Positions 10,827-20,465 of a stretch of 64,000 nt of DNA are shown here, in pieces. The position numbers and the translations under genes were made by a program. The DNA comes from Patescibacteria group bacterium (lineage in GTDB: Bacteria; Patescibacteriota; Minisyncoccia; Phycocordibacterales; PALSA-1337), in the NCBI GenBank assembly GCA_038065395.1, contig JBBTRB010000002.1, positions 50,647 through 114,646 of the forward strand, in the 5' to 3' direction. The notes beneath the pieces were generated by a model, which was not told the DNA's origin, did no database searches, and saw only the letters and a program-made list of their open reading frames with translations. Within the stretch, counting starts at the first letter, position 1. Every line of letters begins with the position of its first letter.

Positions 10827-11390
10827 TTACTTCTTCCCTTTCTTGTCGTCTTCTTTCTTGAGTGGTAGACCGATGTGTTCGAGGAGAGCGAGAGTGTTCT
10901 TCTTGGAACGAGAGGTAGTGACGATCGTGATACTCATACCGAATACGTCCTTGAGATCTTCGTCGGAAGTCTCTGCGAAGATGGTGTGTTCCTTGATACC
11001 GATAGTGTAGTTGCCCATATCGTCGACAGAGTTGCGAGAGAGACCACGGAAGTCTTTGGTGCGAGGAAGAGCGATGTTGATCAGACGATCGAGGAATTCG
11101 TTCATGCGCTTGCCGCGGAGTGTGACCTGGTATCCGACAGGATCACCGACACGAGTCTTGAAGCTTGCGATAGCCTTCTTGGTAGCACGCATAGCTGGCT
11201 TCTGACCAGTGATACGAGCGAGACGATCTGCGATGAGCTCGATCTTCTTTTTGTCTTTGACAGAGCCGAAGCCACTCGAAATAACCACCTTGGAAAGCTG
11301 TGGAGCTTGCATCGGGTTCTTGATCGCAAGAGTATCCTTGAGCACCTTGAAAGAATCTTTATTGAGTTCGTATGTAGTCTTGTGAGTCAT
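10827..11390 (-). CDS. rplE: 50S ribosomal protein L5
   Basis: ITGQKP, VTLRGKRM, ALPRTKDFRGL. Confidence 0.97.
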   Translation of the reverse strand: MTHKTTYELNKDSFKVLKDTLAIKNPMQAPQLSKVVISSGFGSVKDKKKIELIADRLARITGQKPAMRATKKAIASFKTRVGDPVGYQVTLRGKRMNEFLDRLINIALPRTKDFRGLSRNSVDDMGNYTIGIKEHTIFAETSDEDLKDVFGMSITIVTTSRSKKNTLALLEHIGLPLKKEDDKKGKK

Positions 11391-11395
11391 GGGAT

Positions 11396-11641
11396 TTATT
11401 TAGCTTTCTTGGTCTTCTTGACCGCGTCTGTCTTGGCGACCTTGGATGCATAGAAAGGCATAGGACGGTCGACGACTTGACCTTTTTGGCCTTGTTTGCG
11501 AGGACGTTCATGCTTCTTGACGGTATTGATACCATCGATCAGGATCTTGCCCTCACGAGGGAAAGCTTCGGTGATAACGCCGGTCTTGCCTTTGTCATCG
11601 CCTGAGAGTATGAGAACTGTGTCGCCTTTCTTTACATGCAT
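11396..11641 (-). CDS. rplX: 50S ribosomal protein L24 (short)
   Basis: KKGDTV..LSGDDKGKTG KOW motif; operon position. Confidence 0.95.
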   Translation of the reverse strand: MHVKKGDTVLILSGDDKGKTGVITEAFPREGKILIDGINTVKKHERPRKQGQKGQVVDRPMPFYASKVAKTDAVKKTKKAK

Positions 11642-11658
11642 GGTAGTTATTGAAATTA

Positions 11659-12030
11659 TTATACGATCTCTGCCGCCTTTGAGGCGATAGTCTTGAAGCC
11701 TGCTTCGCCGATCTCGCGTGGGATCGGTCCGAAGATACGTCCTGCCATAGGCTCTTTCTTGCCCTTTTCGAGGATCACGACTGCATTCTCATCGAAACGG
11801 ATATACGAACCATCTTTGCGACGAACTGCCTTGGTCTGACGTACAACGACCGCATGGAGAACGTCTTTCTTTTTGACAGACTTGCGAGGCTCGGCCTTTT
11901 GGACTGACAATACCACGAGCTCACCGATCTCAGCATAACGCTTATGAGATGCGCCGAGTACTTTGAAAATACGGCCGATCTTTGCGCCGGAGTTGTCTGC
12001 TATGTTAACGATTGAGCGTGGTTGTATCAT
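11659..12030 (-). CDS. rplN: 50S ribosomal protein L14
   Basis: MIQ...ADNSGAK, IRFDENAVV, RIFGPI. Confidence 0.97.
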   Translation of the reverse strand: MIQPRSIVNIADNSGAKIGRIFKVLGASHKRYAEIGELVVLSVQKAEPRKSVKKKDVLHAVVVRQTKAVRRKDGSYIRFDENAVVILEKGKKEPMAGRIFGPIPREIGEAGFKTIASKAAEIV

Positions 12031-12039
12031 ATGAGTATA

Positions 12040-12303
12040 TTATGAAATGATCTTGAAAGCCTTGCGCTTTGAGATAGGTCGGCATGCCTGTACGGTAGCA
12101 GAGTCACCGATCTTCTTGGTGTTACCTGGATCATGAGCGAGGATCTTGAGACGCTTGGTCATGAACTTCTGGTACTTTGGGTGCTTGACGTATCGTGAGA
12201 TCATCACAACTGTGGTGTCCTTCATTTTGTCAGAAACAACCTTGCCCACAAAGGTTTGTGGCTTCTTGGTCTCGACTTTTGGTTGTGTTGTGGTGGATGC
12301 CAT
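12040..12303 (-). CDS. rpsQ: 30S ribosomal protein S17
   Basis: GKVVSDKMKDT, HPKY, CRPISK. Confidence 0.96.
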   Translation of the reverse strand: MASTTTQPKVETKKPQTFVGKVVSDKMKDTTVVMISRYVKHPKYQKFMTKRLKILAHDPGNTKKIGDSATVQACRPISKRKAFKIIS

Positions 12304-12339
12304 GTGAATGCTGATACTACTTGAGTTTAGCTATTTTGT

Positions 12340-12546
12340 CTATGCCTGTGCCTGCTTTTCTCTCTTTTGTGCAGAGAGGACAGTCATCATGCGAGCAATA
12401 TCCTTGCGGATAGTTCTGCCCTCTTTGACGTTCTTGGCCTTGGCGCCGACAGAGCCGAAGCGGAATGTTCTCAATGCCTCCTTTTTCTCAGCGATGAGCT
12501 GCTTGAGACTTTCTGGAGTTTTGGTTGTAAGTTCTTTCATGTTCAT
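12340..12546 (-). CDS. rpmC: 50S ribosomal protein L29
   Basis: LRTFRF...RKDIARMMT; operon position. Confidence 0.93.
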   Translation of the reverse strand: MNMKELTTKTPESLKQLIAEKKEALRTFRFGSVGAKAKNVKEGRTIRKDIARMMTVLSAQKREKQAQA

Positions 12547-12557
12547 AATAGTAGGTA

Positions 12558-12983
12558 TTATATGCGACTGACGATCTTGGTTTTGACCGGGAGTTTGGTG
12601 CCCGCCTTGCGGAGCGCCTCTACAGCGATCTTTGGTTCGACACCGTCAATCTCGAACATGATGCGTCCTGGACGAACTTCTGCGATAAAGCCAACAGGAT
12701 CTCCCTTGCCTTTACCCATTTTTACTTCGGCTGGCTTTTGAGTGAAAGGATGATCTGGGAAAATACGGATCCAGACTTTGCCAGACTTGGTCGCATATCG
12801 GGACATGACTTTGCGGGCAGCTTCGATCTGGTTCGAAGTGATACGTGAATACGCCATAGCCTTGATACCATAAGAACCAAAGGCAATATCAACACCGCGA
12901 GTCTCGTGTTTCTCGGCTTCCTTGACTGGGTGCTTGCGCTTGGTAAAACGCTTGCGATATTTTATTTTCTTAGGGAAAAGCAT
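12558..12983 (-). CDS. rplP: 50S ribosomal protein L16
   Basis: QIEAAR, WIRIFPD, KMGKGKG, KLPVKT. Confidence 0.97.
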   Translation of the reverse strand: MLFPKKIKYRKRFTKRKHPVKEAEKHETRGVDIAFGSYGIKAMAYSRITSNQIEAARKVMSRYATKSGKVWIRIFPDHPFTQKPAEVKMGKGKGDPVGFIAEVRPGRIMFEIDGVEPKIAVEALRKAGTKLPVKTKIVSRI

Positions 12984-13004
12984 GGTATTTCTAATTATGA
13001 AAAA

Positions 13005-13673
13005 TTATTTTTGGTCTTTCTTGAAGATCTCACCCTTGTATATCCAGACCTTGATACCGATATCACCGTAAGTCATGTGAGCACGTTCACGGGCAAAGTC
13101 GATATCTGCACGGAGTGTCTGGAGTGGAATACGACCTTTCTTGAGAGACTCGGAACGAGCGATCTCCGCACCGCCGAGACGACCTCCCAGATAGATGCGC
13201 ACTCCCTGGACCTCTTTGTTGGCCATGACCTTTTCGATGGTTTGCTTCATAACACGGCGGAAAGGTAGACGCTTCTCGAGTGCCTCGGCGACCATCATAG
13301 CTGCAATAGCGGCATTGGACTCTGGGTTGCGGACTTCTTCGATGTCCACCTTGAAATCCTGGCCAACGAGCTCGACTTTGTTCTTGCGCAAAAGAGCGAG
13401 GAGCTTGGCACGGAGCTTGACGACTCCATCACCTGCCTTGCCGATGAGCATACCTGGACGTGAGGTCTTGATGATCACACGGAGAACCTTCTGAGTTCGT
13501 TCGATGTCGATACCACCGACGTAGTTGGCACGAAGAGCCTCCTGGAGATATTCACGGATCAGGATGTCAGCCTTGAGAGATGTGCGGTAGTTCTTGTGAA
13601 CACCGAACCAGCGACTCCTCCAATCACGGATGATGCCCAGGCGATGTGAATATGGATGTACGGTGTGTGACAT
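13005..13673 (-). CDS. rpsC: 30S ribosomal protein S3
   Basis: HPYSHRLGI, RPGMLIGK, GRLGGAEIARSE, PLQTLRADID. Confidence 0.97.
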   Translation of the reverse strand: MSHTVHPYSHRLGIIRDWRSRWFGVHKNYRTSLKADILIREYLQEALRANYVGGIDIERTQKVLRVIIKTSRPGMLIGKAGDGVVKLRAKLLALLRKNKVELVGQDFKVDIEEVRNPESNAAIAAMMVAEALEKRLPFRRVMKQTIEKVMANKEVQGVRIYLGGRLGGAEIARSESLKKGRIPLQTLRADIDFARERAHMTYGDIGIKVWIYKGEIFKKDQK

Positions 13674-13681
13674 GGTATTGA

Positions 13682-14041
13682 TTAAATCTTAGCCTTCTTT
13701 GTAGCCTTTGGTTCTTTGACGGCCAAGGTCAGATGCACATGACTGGTGCGCTTCTTGATCGGATGAGCCGAACCTCGAGATACTGGCATAGAACGCTTGA
13801 GAACGAAGCCTTGGTTGACCATGATCTCTTTGACATAGAGAGAACTCTTGTCGATATTAAAATTGTTCTTGGCATTGGCAACTGCAGAATCGAGCAGATC
13901 ACCGAGTGGTGACTTGGCCTTCTTGACTACGAAGGTGAGGATGGCTTCGGCATCAGTGACCTTTTTGCCACGGATCATATCTGCGACCAGACGTACCTTA
14001 CGTGGAGTGATACGATAATTTTTGAGAGATGCCGTAATCAT
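13682..14041 (-). CDS. rplV: 50S ribosomal protein L22
   Basis: TPRKVRLVADMIRG, SAVANA, IKKRTSH. Confidence 0.97.
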   Translation of the reverse strand: MITASLKNYRITPRKVRLVADMIRGKKVTDAEAILTFVVKKAKSPLGDLLDSAVANAKNNFNIDKSSLYVKEIMVNQGFVLKRSMPVSRGSAHPIKKRTSHVHLTLAVKEPKATKKAKI

Positions 14042-14046
14042 GGGAG

Positions 14047-14394
14047 TTATTTTGCAGAGGCAGTTGTAGCAGCTTCCTTGGCGGATTTTGCAGCAGCGAC
14101 TTCTGCTTCTTTGGCTTTGAGTTCGAGGTCCTTTTGCATCTTACCGCCATGGCGTACGAACTTGCGTGTCGGGGAGAATTCACCAAGACGATGTCCTACC
14201 ATGTCCTCGGTAGCGAGCACATCGATATGCATGCGGCCATTGTATACGCCGAACGTGAATCCGACCATCTCTGGTGAGATCTGAGAGCGACGTGACCAGG
14301 TCTTGATGACACCAGTCTCTGACGGCTTTTTGCCAGAAATCTTCTTGAGAAGATTCTCGTCGATATATGGTCCTTTCTTGAGTGATCGTGACAT
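14047..14394 (-). CDS. rpsS: 30S ribosomal protein S19 with C-terminal extension
   Basis: [30 protein letters not shown]. Confidence 0.97.
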   Translation of the reverse strand: MSRSLKKGPYIDENLLKKISGKKPSETGVIKTWSRRSQISPEMVGFTFGVYNGRMHIDVLATEDMVGHRLGEFSPTRKFVRHGGKMQKDLELKAKEAEVAAAKSAKEAATTASAK

Positions 14395-14421
14395 AAAAAT
14401 GGCTCAAACGAGCGTCCAGGC

Positions 14422-14450
14422 ATGTTAACAGGATCGGTATTAGAAGTCAA
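14422..14450 (-). promoter_or_regulatory. Putative sigma70 promoter for rpsS-rplE
   Basis: TTGACT-N17-TAACAT on the minus strand just upstream of rpsS. Confidence 0.55.
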
Positions 14451-14568
14451 GAAATATAAGGGGTTCCTATCTGCGCATACCCAGTTTATTGACACATACA
14501 TATAATTGTATTAGTGTATTTATTGAATCTCATCGTTCGTTAACAAACCTTCAACCAAAAGGAATAGT

Positions 14569-15033
14569 ATGACTGGTAGAACTAAGGATATTATTTGGAC
14601 GAGTCTTTCGGGACTTGGCATCGTGACAATCACCGTTATCGCGAGATGGTTCGCGTTATTCTCCGAGTCAAAATTATTCACCACTTCATCACTAGGAGGC
14701 GTCGCTTTCTTGACATTCTTCTACTGGACCCTCTTGATTATCGTGATGTCGGCGATCATTTATGTCAATGGACGAAAGATCGGCGTAGGTAGACCAATGG
14801 ATCTGAGCTATCTGCGTGACCGTGAAGTGATACTGGTGCTAGCGAAATGTCGTACCGACGTCACTTACATCACCGCCAGGACAGAGCGAGACGAAGTAGT
14901 CCTGCTTTACAATGAGGGTCCCGACAAGTTCGGTGCTGTCCGATCAGGATACTCCTATCGGTATACCAATGGGGAATTGGAACTTATAACGAGTCGTGAT
15001 GCCAAAGTTGCAACTGCCTCGGTCGCCGATTGA
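14569..15033 (+). CDS. Hypothetical membrane protein (2 TM)
   Basis: Two hydrophobic segments; AAGGA SD site and a TTGACA promoter upstream. Confidence 0.65.
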   Translation: MTGRTKDIIWTSLSGLGIVTITVIARWFALFSESKLFTTSSLGGVAFLTFFYWTLLIIVMSAIIYVNGRKIGVGRPMDLSYLRDREVILVLAKCRTDVTYITARTERDEVVLLYNEGPDKFGAVRSGYSYRYTNGELELITSRDAKVATASVAD

Positions 15034-15131
15034 GCCTCCTCACCACCTCCGTCCCCTGCCTCGCGCTCGGGACGGATTTTTATATTATAGGATTTATATA
15101 TATGAATGATATAATAAAGTACACACATACC

Positions 15132-15920
15132 ATGAACATCCCTTTTACTATTCTCGCAGTGTCAGTCGGTATTCTGATCGGTCTCCTCATCAGATACCTC
15201 GGCAGAGCTGTCTCACACAAGATCAACGAGACCGAGAACCTCAAATACGAATTCATCACGATCATCGCTCACAAGTTCCGCACACCACTCACGCAGATCA
15301 AGTGGCTCTCTGAGGCACTTGTCGCCGAAGAGCAGGATTCCTATAAGAAACAGAGCCTACAAGAAGTCGGCCGTTCGACTCAGCAGCTCATCGACCTTAC
15401 GGGTACACTGGTTGAGCTCACTGACTCTGACAGCGACTCCCAGGCATCGTATACCTTCGAACGTACCAACGTCTGTGACCTGGTGCGGTCTGTTGCTGAC
15501 ACCTTCAAGAACACCTTCCATGAAAAGAATCTTTTCCTTGCCATCAACTGCGCCAACCCTGACCTCTTCGCCAATATCGACAAGCCGCGCATGGAATTCG
15601 TCATACAGACTCTGCTACAAAATTCCGTCACCTATTCCCCACCAGGCAGGAATGTCGAGGTGACTATATCTGCAGATAGTAGTCGTGTCGTCATCACCGT
15701 CCATGACAACGGCATCGGCATCGAAGCCAAAGACATCCCGAAGATCTTCACCAAATTCTTCCGCACCCCGATCGCAAAACAAACAGATACCGAGGGCTTC
15801 GGTGTAGGCCTCTATCTCGTCCGAGCCATCGTCCGTCGTCACAAAGGCTCCATCGAAGTCGCTTCTCCTGGCCTCGCCAAAGGCGCCACCTTCCAGATCA
15901 CGATACCAGAGGTGAAGTAG
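15132..15920 (+). CDS. Orphan sensor histidine kinase (HisKA + HATPase_c)
   Basis: AHKFRTPL H-box, LLQNSVTYS N-box, DNGIGI, FTKFFR, GFGVGL; single N-terminal TM. Confidence 0.9.
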   Translation: MNIPFTILAVSVGILIGLLIRYLGRAVSHKINETENLKYEFITIIAHKFRTPLTQIKWLSEALVAEEQDSYKKQSLQEVGRSTQQLIDLTGTLVELTDSDSDSQASYTFERTNVCDLVRSVADTFKNTFHEKNLFLAINCANPDLFANIDKPRMEFVIQTLLQNSVTYSPPGRNVEVTISADSSRVVITVHDNGIGIEAKDIPKIFTKFFRTPIAKQTDTEGFGVGLYLVRAIVRRHKGSIEVASPGLAKGATFQITIPEVK

Positions 15921-15925
15921 TCGAA

Positions 15926-17158
15926 TTAACTAGAGATCGTAATAGTCTTGATAAATTCATCGAGTGGTTGTATCTGCCCAGAACCAGTGATATTAACTTT
16001 GAGAAATACGTTGTCAGGCATTGCGATGATATATGTTCTCCATCGGGACACGCCCGTAAATACTGGGACGATATCGCTGATCATAAAGAGGGGGTGTGCT
16101 TCTGAAGCTGTTTGACTCTGTGAACGTTCGTCGCCTCCAATCTGCATCCATTTACCAGACACATCGTTGAATGCATAAGTAATACTGCCAAATTTAGCAT
16201 CAATATCCGTATAACTATAACTCTTTGTATAATCAAGAGTGATCCGATCTCCCGAAGAACTTTGAGTCAGCACGACCTGACTATCGATATTGTTGGTCAT
16301 AGTCCATCCTGTAGGAATCTGGAACGATATTCCCCAGTCGTCTTTATGAAATGATATTGATGGGGATATATTTATGAGAGCATCACCAGGAGGTAATTTG
16401 GGAATCGAGATTGCCGAAAGAATTTGTTCTTCTGTCTTTTTTGAATTCTCCGTTAGAGCCACAGACATGACAGTGAAGTCGTATACGCAGTCTGTTCTAT
16501 AATACGCATCAGCAAAACCAACTGTCCATATGCCATCGGTACTAGGATCACAAGCAGATCGCTTAATAATAGCTACCCCGTCTCGAGGATGATCTGTATC
16601 TTGTGTCACTTTCTGAGTATTGTCCCTAAGTTGCACGAACCAAGCCTGACTCATATCTTTCAGATCGTGACCTTCTTCAAATTGCCAATCTGATGGATAT
16701 TTAACCGTAACACCCTGATGAGGGTTTGTGTATGTCTTCCAATCATTTGATGATTGACTTTGAGTCAAAGCCGTAGCCACAGGATCAAAATATCCATCTA
16801 ACCCTCCCACAAAAGCATCCCCTGTAGTGAGATTTACTTTGACTTTCGGAAGTGCTGGTGCAGAACCCTGTTCACCCTTGCACCCATTTCCGAACTTCCT
16901 ACTCACGGCATAGGTGACAAATCCTCCTTCACGGATACCGTCGAAATCAAGACATTCTGCTGTTGAAAAATCTTTCAAGTCTACAAGAATGACCCTTTGT
17001 GCAACTTCAAGTGTCTGTTTTTCAGAGAGGTATCCGAGTGTATTCTCATTCCCTGTCGTCTTCGAATAGTAATATCCCCCACCAAGTAACAATACGCCGA
17101 TAATAGCAATAATTGCAGGTGTTCCGAATCCTCTCTGATACTGCATGTTTGTATTCAT
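15926..17158 (-). CDS. Membrane-anchored surface protein with prepilin-like N-terminus and PsbP-like domains
   Basis: QRGF followed by a hydrophobic helix; WKTYTN...VKYPSDW and WGISFQIPTGW units; start chosen after a TACTAT box. Confidence 0.7.
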   Translation of the reverse strand: MNTNMQYQRGFGTPAIIAIIGVLLLGGGYYYSKTTGNENTLGYLSEKQTLEVAQRVILVDLKDFSTAECLDFDGIREGGFVTYAVSRKFGNGCKGEQGSAPALPKVKVNLTTGDAFVGGLDGYFDPVATALTQSQSSNDWKTYTNPHQGVTVKYPSDWQFEEGHDLKDMSQAWFVQLRDNTQKVTQDTDHPRDGVAIIKRSACDPSTDGIWTVGFADAYYRTDCVYDFTVMSVALTENSKKTEEQILSAISIPKLPPGDALINISPSISFHKDDWGISFQIPTGWTMTNNIDSQVVLTQSSSGDRITLDYTKSYSYTDIDAKFGSITYAFNDVSGKWMQIGGDERSQSQTASEAHPLFMISDIVPVFTGVSRWRTYIIAMPDNVFLKVNITGSGQIQPLDEFIKTITISS

Positions 17159-17215
17159 GTCCATAATAGTATCTCTGCGTGCCCATTTACACAATGTACA
17201 GGCAAGTAGCATACA

Positions 17216-17250
17216 AAAATCCCTCCCGCTTTGGTGCAGGAGGGATTTTT
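17216..17250. terminator. Terminator downstream of rplB
   Basis: AAAAATCCCTCC...GGAGGGATTTTT inverted repeat with T-tracts. Confidence 0.6.
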
Positions 17251-17333
17251 GATTTTCTAGTCTGGCAATACTTTGTGGATGAACCACTCTACAATATTCT
17301 TGATCAGGATTTTGATATTCCTTAACATGAAGA

Positions 17334-18188
17334 CTATGTCCTACTGGTCATGTTCTTGCCTGGCTGACGGCGAGAGACGATGAAGACGTTGGAGTATTTC
17401 TTCGGAGTACGAGTCTTCTGGCCTTTGCCGGCTGGCTTGCCCCAACGAGTCTTGAGACGGCGGAGACCTCGGCCTTGGCGTTGTTCACCTCCACCGTATG
17501 GGTGGTCAACTGGGTTCTGAGCGGTACCGCGAACTGTTGGGCGGATACCCATCCAGCGACTGCGACCGGCTTTGCCGATGTTGACGAGGCGGTTCTCTTC
17601 GTTCGAGACTGCACCGATACTTGCCCATGCATCTTCATGAATCTTGCGCACTTCGGTCGAAGGGAGCTTGATATGAGTGTAACCAGCATCGTTTGCGATA
17701 ACCTGAGCGAAGGATCCTCCGGAACGAACGAGTTTACTGCCACTGCCTGGCTTGATCTCGAGATTGTAAACGAAAGCACCAACAGGGATTTTCTTGAGTG
17801 GAAGACGGTTACCAGTCTCGATAGGGGCGTTCTCAGATACCATGAATGAGTTGCCGACTTTCATGGTCTTCGGGAGAAGTACGTAGCGCTTCTCACCGTC
17901 CTTGTAGGCAACGAGTGCGATGTAGCCAGTACGGAAAGGATCGTACTCGACAGTTTTGACCGTTGCACGGATATCACGCTTGTCGTACATGAAGTCGATC
18001 ATGCGATAGAGCTTCTGGTGTCCACCACCCTTGTGACGAACCGTGATACGGCCGAACGCATTGCGTCCCATATCGCGCTTGAAACCGAAGGTCAACGGCT
18101 TGTATGGCTCTGTAGCGGTCACATACTGCTTGAACGGCAGCGTGGTCATGTGGCGGCGTGATTTACTTGTTGGTCGGTATGATTTCAT
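17334..18188 (-). CDS. rplB: 50S ribosomal protein L2
   Basis: GRNAFGRITVRHKGGGH, EYDP, RPTVRG, NPVDHPYGGGE. Confidence 0.98.
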   Translation of the reverse strand: MKSYRPTSKSRRHMTTLPFKQYVTATEPYKPLTFGFKRDMGRNAFGRITVRHKGGGHQKLYRMIDFMYDKRDIRATVKTVEYDPFRTGYIALVAYKDGEKRYVLLPKTMKVGNSFMVSENAPIETGNRLPLKKIPVGAFVYNLEIKPGSGSKLVRSGGSFAQVIANDAGYTHIKLPSTEVRKIHEDAWASIGAVSNEENRLVNIGKAGRSRWMGIRPTVRGTAQNPVDHPYGGGEQRQGRGLRRLKTRWGKPAGKGQKTRTPKKYSNVFIVSRRQPGKNMTSRT

Positions 18189-18206
18189 GATGGTAATAAA
18201 ATGTCG

Positions 18207-18614
18207 TTATACAAAATTGATCGTCTCGCCTTTCTTGAGAGTGACGATGGCCTTGCGCACACCTGGCACAACACCGCGGCGACCACGGACGAATACGTTG
18301 CGAGATGGCTGGTTGAGAACAGTGACATGCACAGGAACCACCTTGTAGAGGGCCTGTACAGCCAATGAGATGGACTGCTTGTTCGCATCACGTGCAACCT
18401 GGAAGGTGTACTTACCACTCTGACTGAGGAGGCCTGACTTCTCGGTAACATGAGGGCGCAAGATAACATGAGTAGGGCCTGTTGTTACGGGAGCCTTGGT
18501 AGTTACAACTACTGCAACCTCCTTTTTCTCCTTCTTTGCACGAGGAGCCTTTGCAACCTTTGGGGTAGCTGCCTTCTTTTCTGTTGATTTCTTTGTTGTG
18601 CCGAATAATGCCAT
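18207..18614 (-). CDS. rplW: 50S ribosomal protein L23 with Lys/Ala-rich N-terminal extension
   Basis: PHVTEKS, YTFQV, RKAIVTLKKG. Confidence 0.95.
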   Translation of the reverse strand: MALFGTTKKSTEKKAATPKVAKAPRAKKEKKEVAVVVTTKAPVTTGPTHVILRPHVTEKSGLLSQSGKYTFQVARDANKQSISLAVQALYKVVPVHVTVLNQPSRNVFVRGRRGVVPGVRKAIVTLKKGETINFV

Positions 18615-18628
18615 GGTAGTGATTGAAA

Positions 18629-19297
18629 TTATGAAGTCTTGACCTTACCAGTAAGGGCCTTGAGCGACTCTGCTGGGTTGGCGATGACGAGATACTTGTG
18701 GTTCATGATCGAAACAGGGTTGATGTTGCGGAATTCTTCGACAGAAATATTGCCAAAGTTACGGAAACTCTTGGTGACTGCATCCTGCTTCTTGTCCATA
18801 GCGATCAGCGCAACGTTGGCTGGCTTGGTAGCGAGCTTTTCGTAACCTTTGATCTTGGAAAGAGACATGAGGATATTCTTGGCTTCCTGGGTCTTTGGTG
18901 CAGAGAATGTGACAGTATCAAGGAACAGGATCTCGCCATCTTTGAATTTGCGTGAAAGGACGGTGAAGAGGGCTTTGGTGCGAGTCTTTTTGTTGATCTT
19001 ACGAGAATAGTTCTGCGTATTGCGTGGTCCATGAGCAACGCCTCCACCAACCCAGATAGGAGAACGACTAGAACCGTGACGAGCGCGACCAGTACCCTTT
19101 TGTTTCCATGGCTTCTTACCTCCACCACGAACTTCTCCACGAGTCTTGGTATGAGCGATGTTGGTACGAGAGTTCGAGTTCATGAGACGGATGACTTCGT
19201 GAACGAGGTCGGCATTCCATGGCATATCGAAGATACCTGCAGGGAGAGTGAACTTGCCCGCTGATGTTCCCTTCTGATTGTAGAGTGTAGTTTCCAT
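18629..19297 (-). CDS. rplD: 50S ribosomal protein L4
   Basis: TKTRGEVRGGGKKPWKQKGTGRARHGS. Confidence 0.98.
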   Translation of the reverse strand: METTLYNQKGTSAGKFTLPAGIFDMPWNADLVHEVIRLMNSNSRTNIAHTKTRGEVRGGGKKPWKQKGTGRARHGSSRSPIWVGGGVAHGPRNTQNYSRKINKKTRTKALFTVLSRKFKDGEILFLDTVTFSAPKTQEAKNILMSLSKIKGYEKLATKPANVALIAMDKKQDAVTKSFRNFGNISVEEFRNINPVSIMNHKYLVIANPAESLKALTGKVKTS

Positions 19298-19307
19298 GAA
19301 GATGATA

Positions 19308-19913
19308 TTATCCGACGATCTCTACCAAAGTTCCACGACGTCCTGGGACAGCCCCAGAAACATACATGATATTCTCGATAGGGTCAATATGAACGACCTT
19401 GAGATTCTTGACGGTGATGCGATCTGAACCCATGCGACCCGCCATGCGCATACCGACTGGTACACGAGTACGCAGACCTCCACCGATCGAACCCGGTTCG
19501 CGCTCGGAGTGCTTCTGACCGTGAGTGCGAGGTCCGCCGCCGAAACCGTGACGCTTGACGACACCTTGGAAGCCCTTACCTTTGGAAGTGGCACTGACAG
19601 TCACCATATCTCCAGAGTTGAACTGGGAGAGCTCGATCTTGTCGCCAACCTTCTGAGTTGGGTTGTCGATACGAAACTCGGTAACTGCAGCAAATCCACC
19701 AAGGTCTCTGAAGTGGCCCTTTTGTGCTTTGGATATACGTTCTACTTTGCGTGAGCCTTCTCCGATCTGCAGAGCTTCGTAACCGTCTTTGTCCTTGGTA
19801 CGAACCTGGGTGATCGTGTTAGCACGTACAGAAACCGCTGTTACAGGAACAGCCGCACCTTCTGGAGTGAAGATCTGTGTCATATTGAGTTTTCTTCCGA
19901 GAATGAATTTCAT
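19308..19913 (-). CDS. rplC: 50S ribosomal protein L3
   Basis: SKGKGFQGVVKRHGF, REPGSIG, MAGRMG. Confidence 0.98.
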   Translation of the reverse strand: MKFILGRKLNMTQIFTPEGAAVPVTAVSVRANTITQVRTKDKDGYEALQIGEGSRKVERISKAQKGHFRDLGGFAAVTEFRIDNPTQKVGDKIELSQFNSGDMVTVSATSKGKGFQGVVKRHGFGGGPRTHGQKHSEREPGSIGGGLRTRVPVGMRMAGRMGSDRITVKNLKVVHIDPIENIMYVSGAVPGRRGTLVEIVG

Positions 19914-19941
19914 GGTAGTTTTGGTTTCTGTCGTTCCTGCA

Positions 19942-20373
19942 TTACATCATCTTTACATCGATATTAACTCCTGACGGGAGGCTCAGGTTCGTGAGAGCCT
20001 CAATAACCTTTGCATTTGGGTTGATGATATCGATCAAACGCTTGTGGACACGCATCTCGAACTGCTCACGGGAATTCTTGTCTATGAACGACGAGCGGTT
20101 GACCGTGTACTTCTTGATCTCTGTCGGCAACGGCACTGGACCATGTACCTCGGCATCATAGCGGGCTGCTGTGTCCATGATCTGCCTGAGCGAGGCATCA
20201 AGAATCTTGTGCTCGTATGCTCGGACGCGGATGCGGAGCTGTGACATTTCTCCAGTCCCACCAGTCGTCGAACGTGCTGCCTTTCGAGTACGAGCAGGTT
20301 TCGCGGTCGACGATTTTGCAGTCTGAGCGGGTTCATGTTTGTTCACGTGAGTTGTATCTTTGGAAGTAGCCAT
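19942..20373 (-). CDS. rpsJ: 30S ribosomal protein S10 with N-terminal extension
   Basis: LRIRVRAYEH, GPVPLPT, SREQFEMRVHKRLIDI. Confidence 0.97.
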   Translation of the reverse strand: MATSKDTTHVNKHEPAQTAKSSTAKPARTRKAARSTTGGTGEMSQLRIRVRAYEHKILDASLRQIMDTAARYDAEVHGPVPLPTEIKKYTVNRSSFIDKNSREQFEMRVHKRLIDIINPNAKVIEALTNLSLPSGVNIDVKMM

Positions 20374-20380
20374 GTGGTTT

Positions 20381-20460
20381 AGTTTATAAAGTTTGAAAGT
20401 TCTTAAAGTTTGTAAAGTGGAGTTTTCTTTATGAACTTATAACTTTGTACTTTATGAACT
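20381..20460. repeat. Low-complexity AAAGTT/AACTTT inverted-repeat hairpin
   Basis: Imperfect inverted repeat sharing the CTTTATGAACT unit with the flanks of the 44985-45329 gene. Confidence 0.6.
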
Positions 20461-20465
20461 GATTT

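Noticed and set aside
20250-20373. Histone-like N-terminal extension on S10 (also L23)
   Set aside because: Lys/Ala-rich extensions are common on CPR ribosomal proteins; the similarity is probably compositional
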